64,000 nucleotides of DNA. Source: an uncultured Planctomycetaceae bacterium (lineage in GTDB: Bacteria > Planctomycetota > Planctomycetia > Isosphaerales > Isosphaeraceae). Below the pieces are notes generated by a model. The model was not told where the DNA came from. It searched no databases and saw nothing but the letters and a program-made list of their open reading frames with translations. Shown here piece after piece: positions 63,669 to 64,000 of this stretch. The stretch is from NCBI GenBank assembly GCA_963833985.1, contig CAWIAD010000001.1, positions 3,424,001 through 3,488,000 on the forward strand. The letters run 5' to 3'. How positions within the stretch are numbered: the stretch's first letter is position 1; each line of letters begins with the position of its first letter. The position numbers and the translations under genes were made by a program.

Positions 63669-64000
63669 GGCCAACCTCGATCGATCCCTTGCTCCTTCAG
63701 GAGCTCCGATAATTTCTTGCGCGCGTAGAACATGCGCGTCTTCACTGTCGCTTCCGGGATGCCGACAATTCCCGCAACTTCCTCCACGGATTTCTCGTGG
63801 TAGTAGACAAGGTCGACGATCTCGCGATGCTCAGCCGACAACTTGGTCAGGCATTGCCGCAACACTGCGCTTTTGTCTTTCTTCGCCAGCGCGATCTCCG
63901 GATCGTCGGCTTGATCCTCGATCGCTCCGGCGGTCTCGGCATCCAGTTGTTCATCGCCCCGGCGCCGCAGCGCCGACAGTGCTTTGAAGCGGGCGATGCC
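63665..64000 (-). CDS. ECF sigma factor, C-terminal part only (begins beyond the window edge)
   Basis: IARFKALSALRRR...LRQCLTKLSAEHREIVDLVYYHEKSVEEVAGIVGIPEATVKTRMFYARKKL. Confidence 0.92.
   Translation of the reverse strand, partial: GIARFKALSALRRRGDEQLDAETAGAIEDQADDPEIALAKKDKSAVLRQCLTKLSAEHREIVDLVYYHEKSVEEVAGIVGIPEATVKTRMFYARKKLSELLKEQGIDRGWP

Overview
GC-rich alphaproteobacterial chromosome segment; gene content and order point to Hyphomicrobiales, probably Xanthobacteraceae/Nitrobacteraceae-like (inference). It is mostly core metabolism: the ethylmalonyl-CoA pathway (ecm/meaA, ccr, mcd) with pduO, etfBA and hbd; tlpA-argH-lipoprotein-lysA; and carB-greA ... trxB-LysR (VtlR/LsrB-like) followed by an AbcR-like sRNA. 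Accessory or regulatory items: a cobalamin-riboswitch-controlled fused porin back-to-back with an ICE(Irr)-box-controlled outer-membrane barrel plus FtrB-like cupredoxin; a PAP2 + two GT87 lipid-modification module; an LLM monooxygenase/SDR/AraC module; a PQQ dehydrogenase with a D-x-D motif plus di-heme cytochrome c and an ankyrin protein; a RAYT transposase with an A-B-A-B REP-doublet array; IorAB-like molybdoenzyme genes; an attenuator-like carB leader; and an ECF sigma/anti-sigma/subtilase operon in which the anti-sigma C-terminal domain resembles the protease propeptide. About 20 genes, including housekeeping ones, are split by single-base frameshifts. These are most likely uncorrected long-read errors, so split genes are called as CDS with reconstructed, approximate boundaries. 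All family calls are from motif recognition by eye, with no database search.
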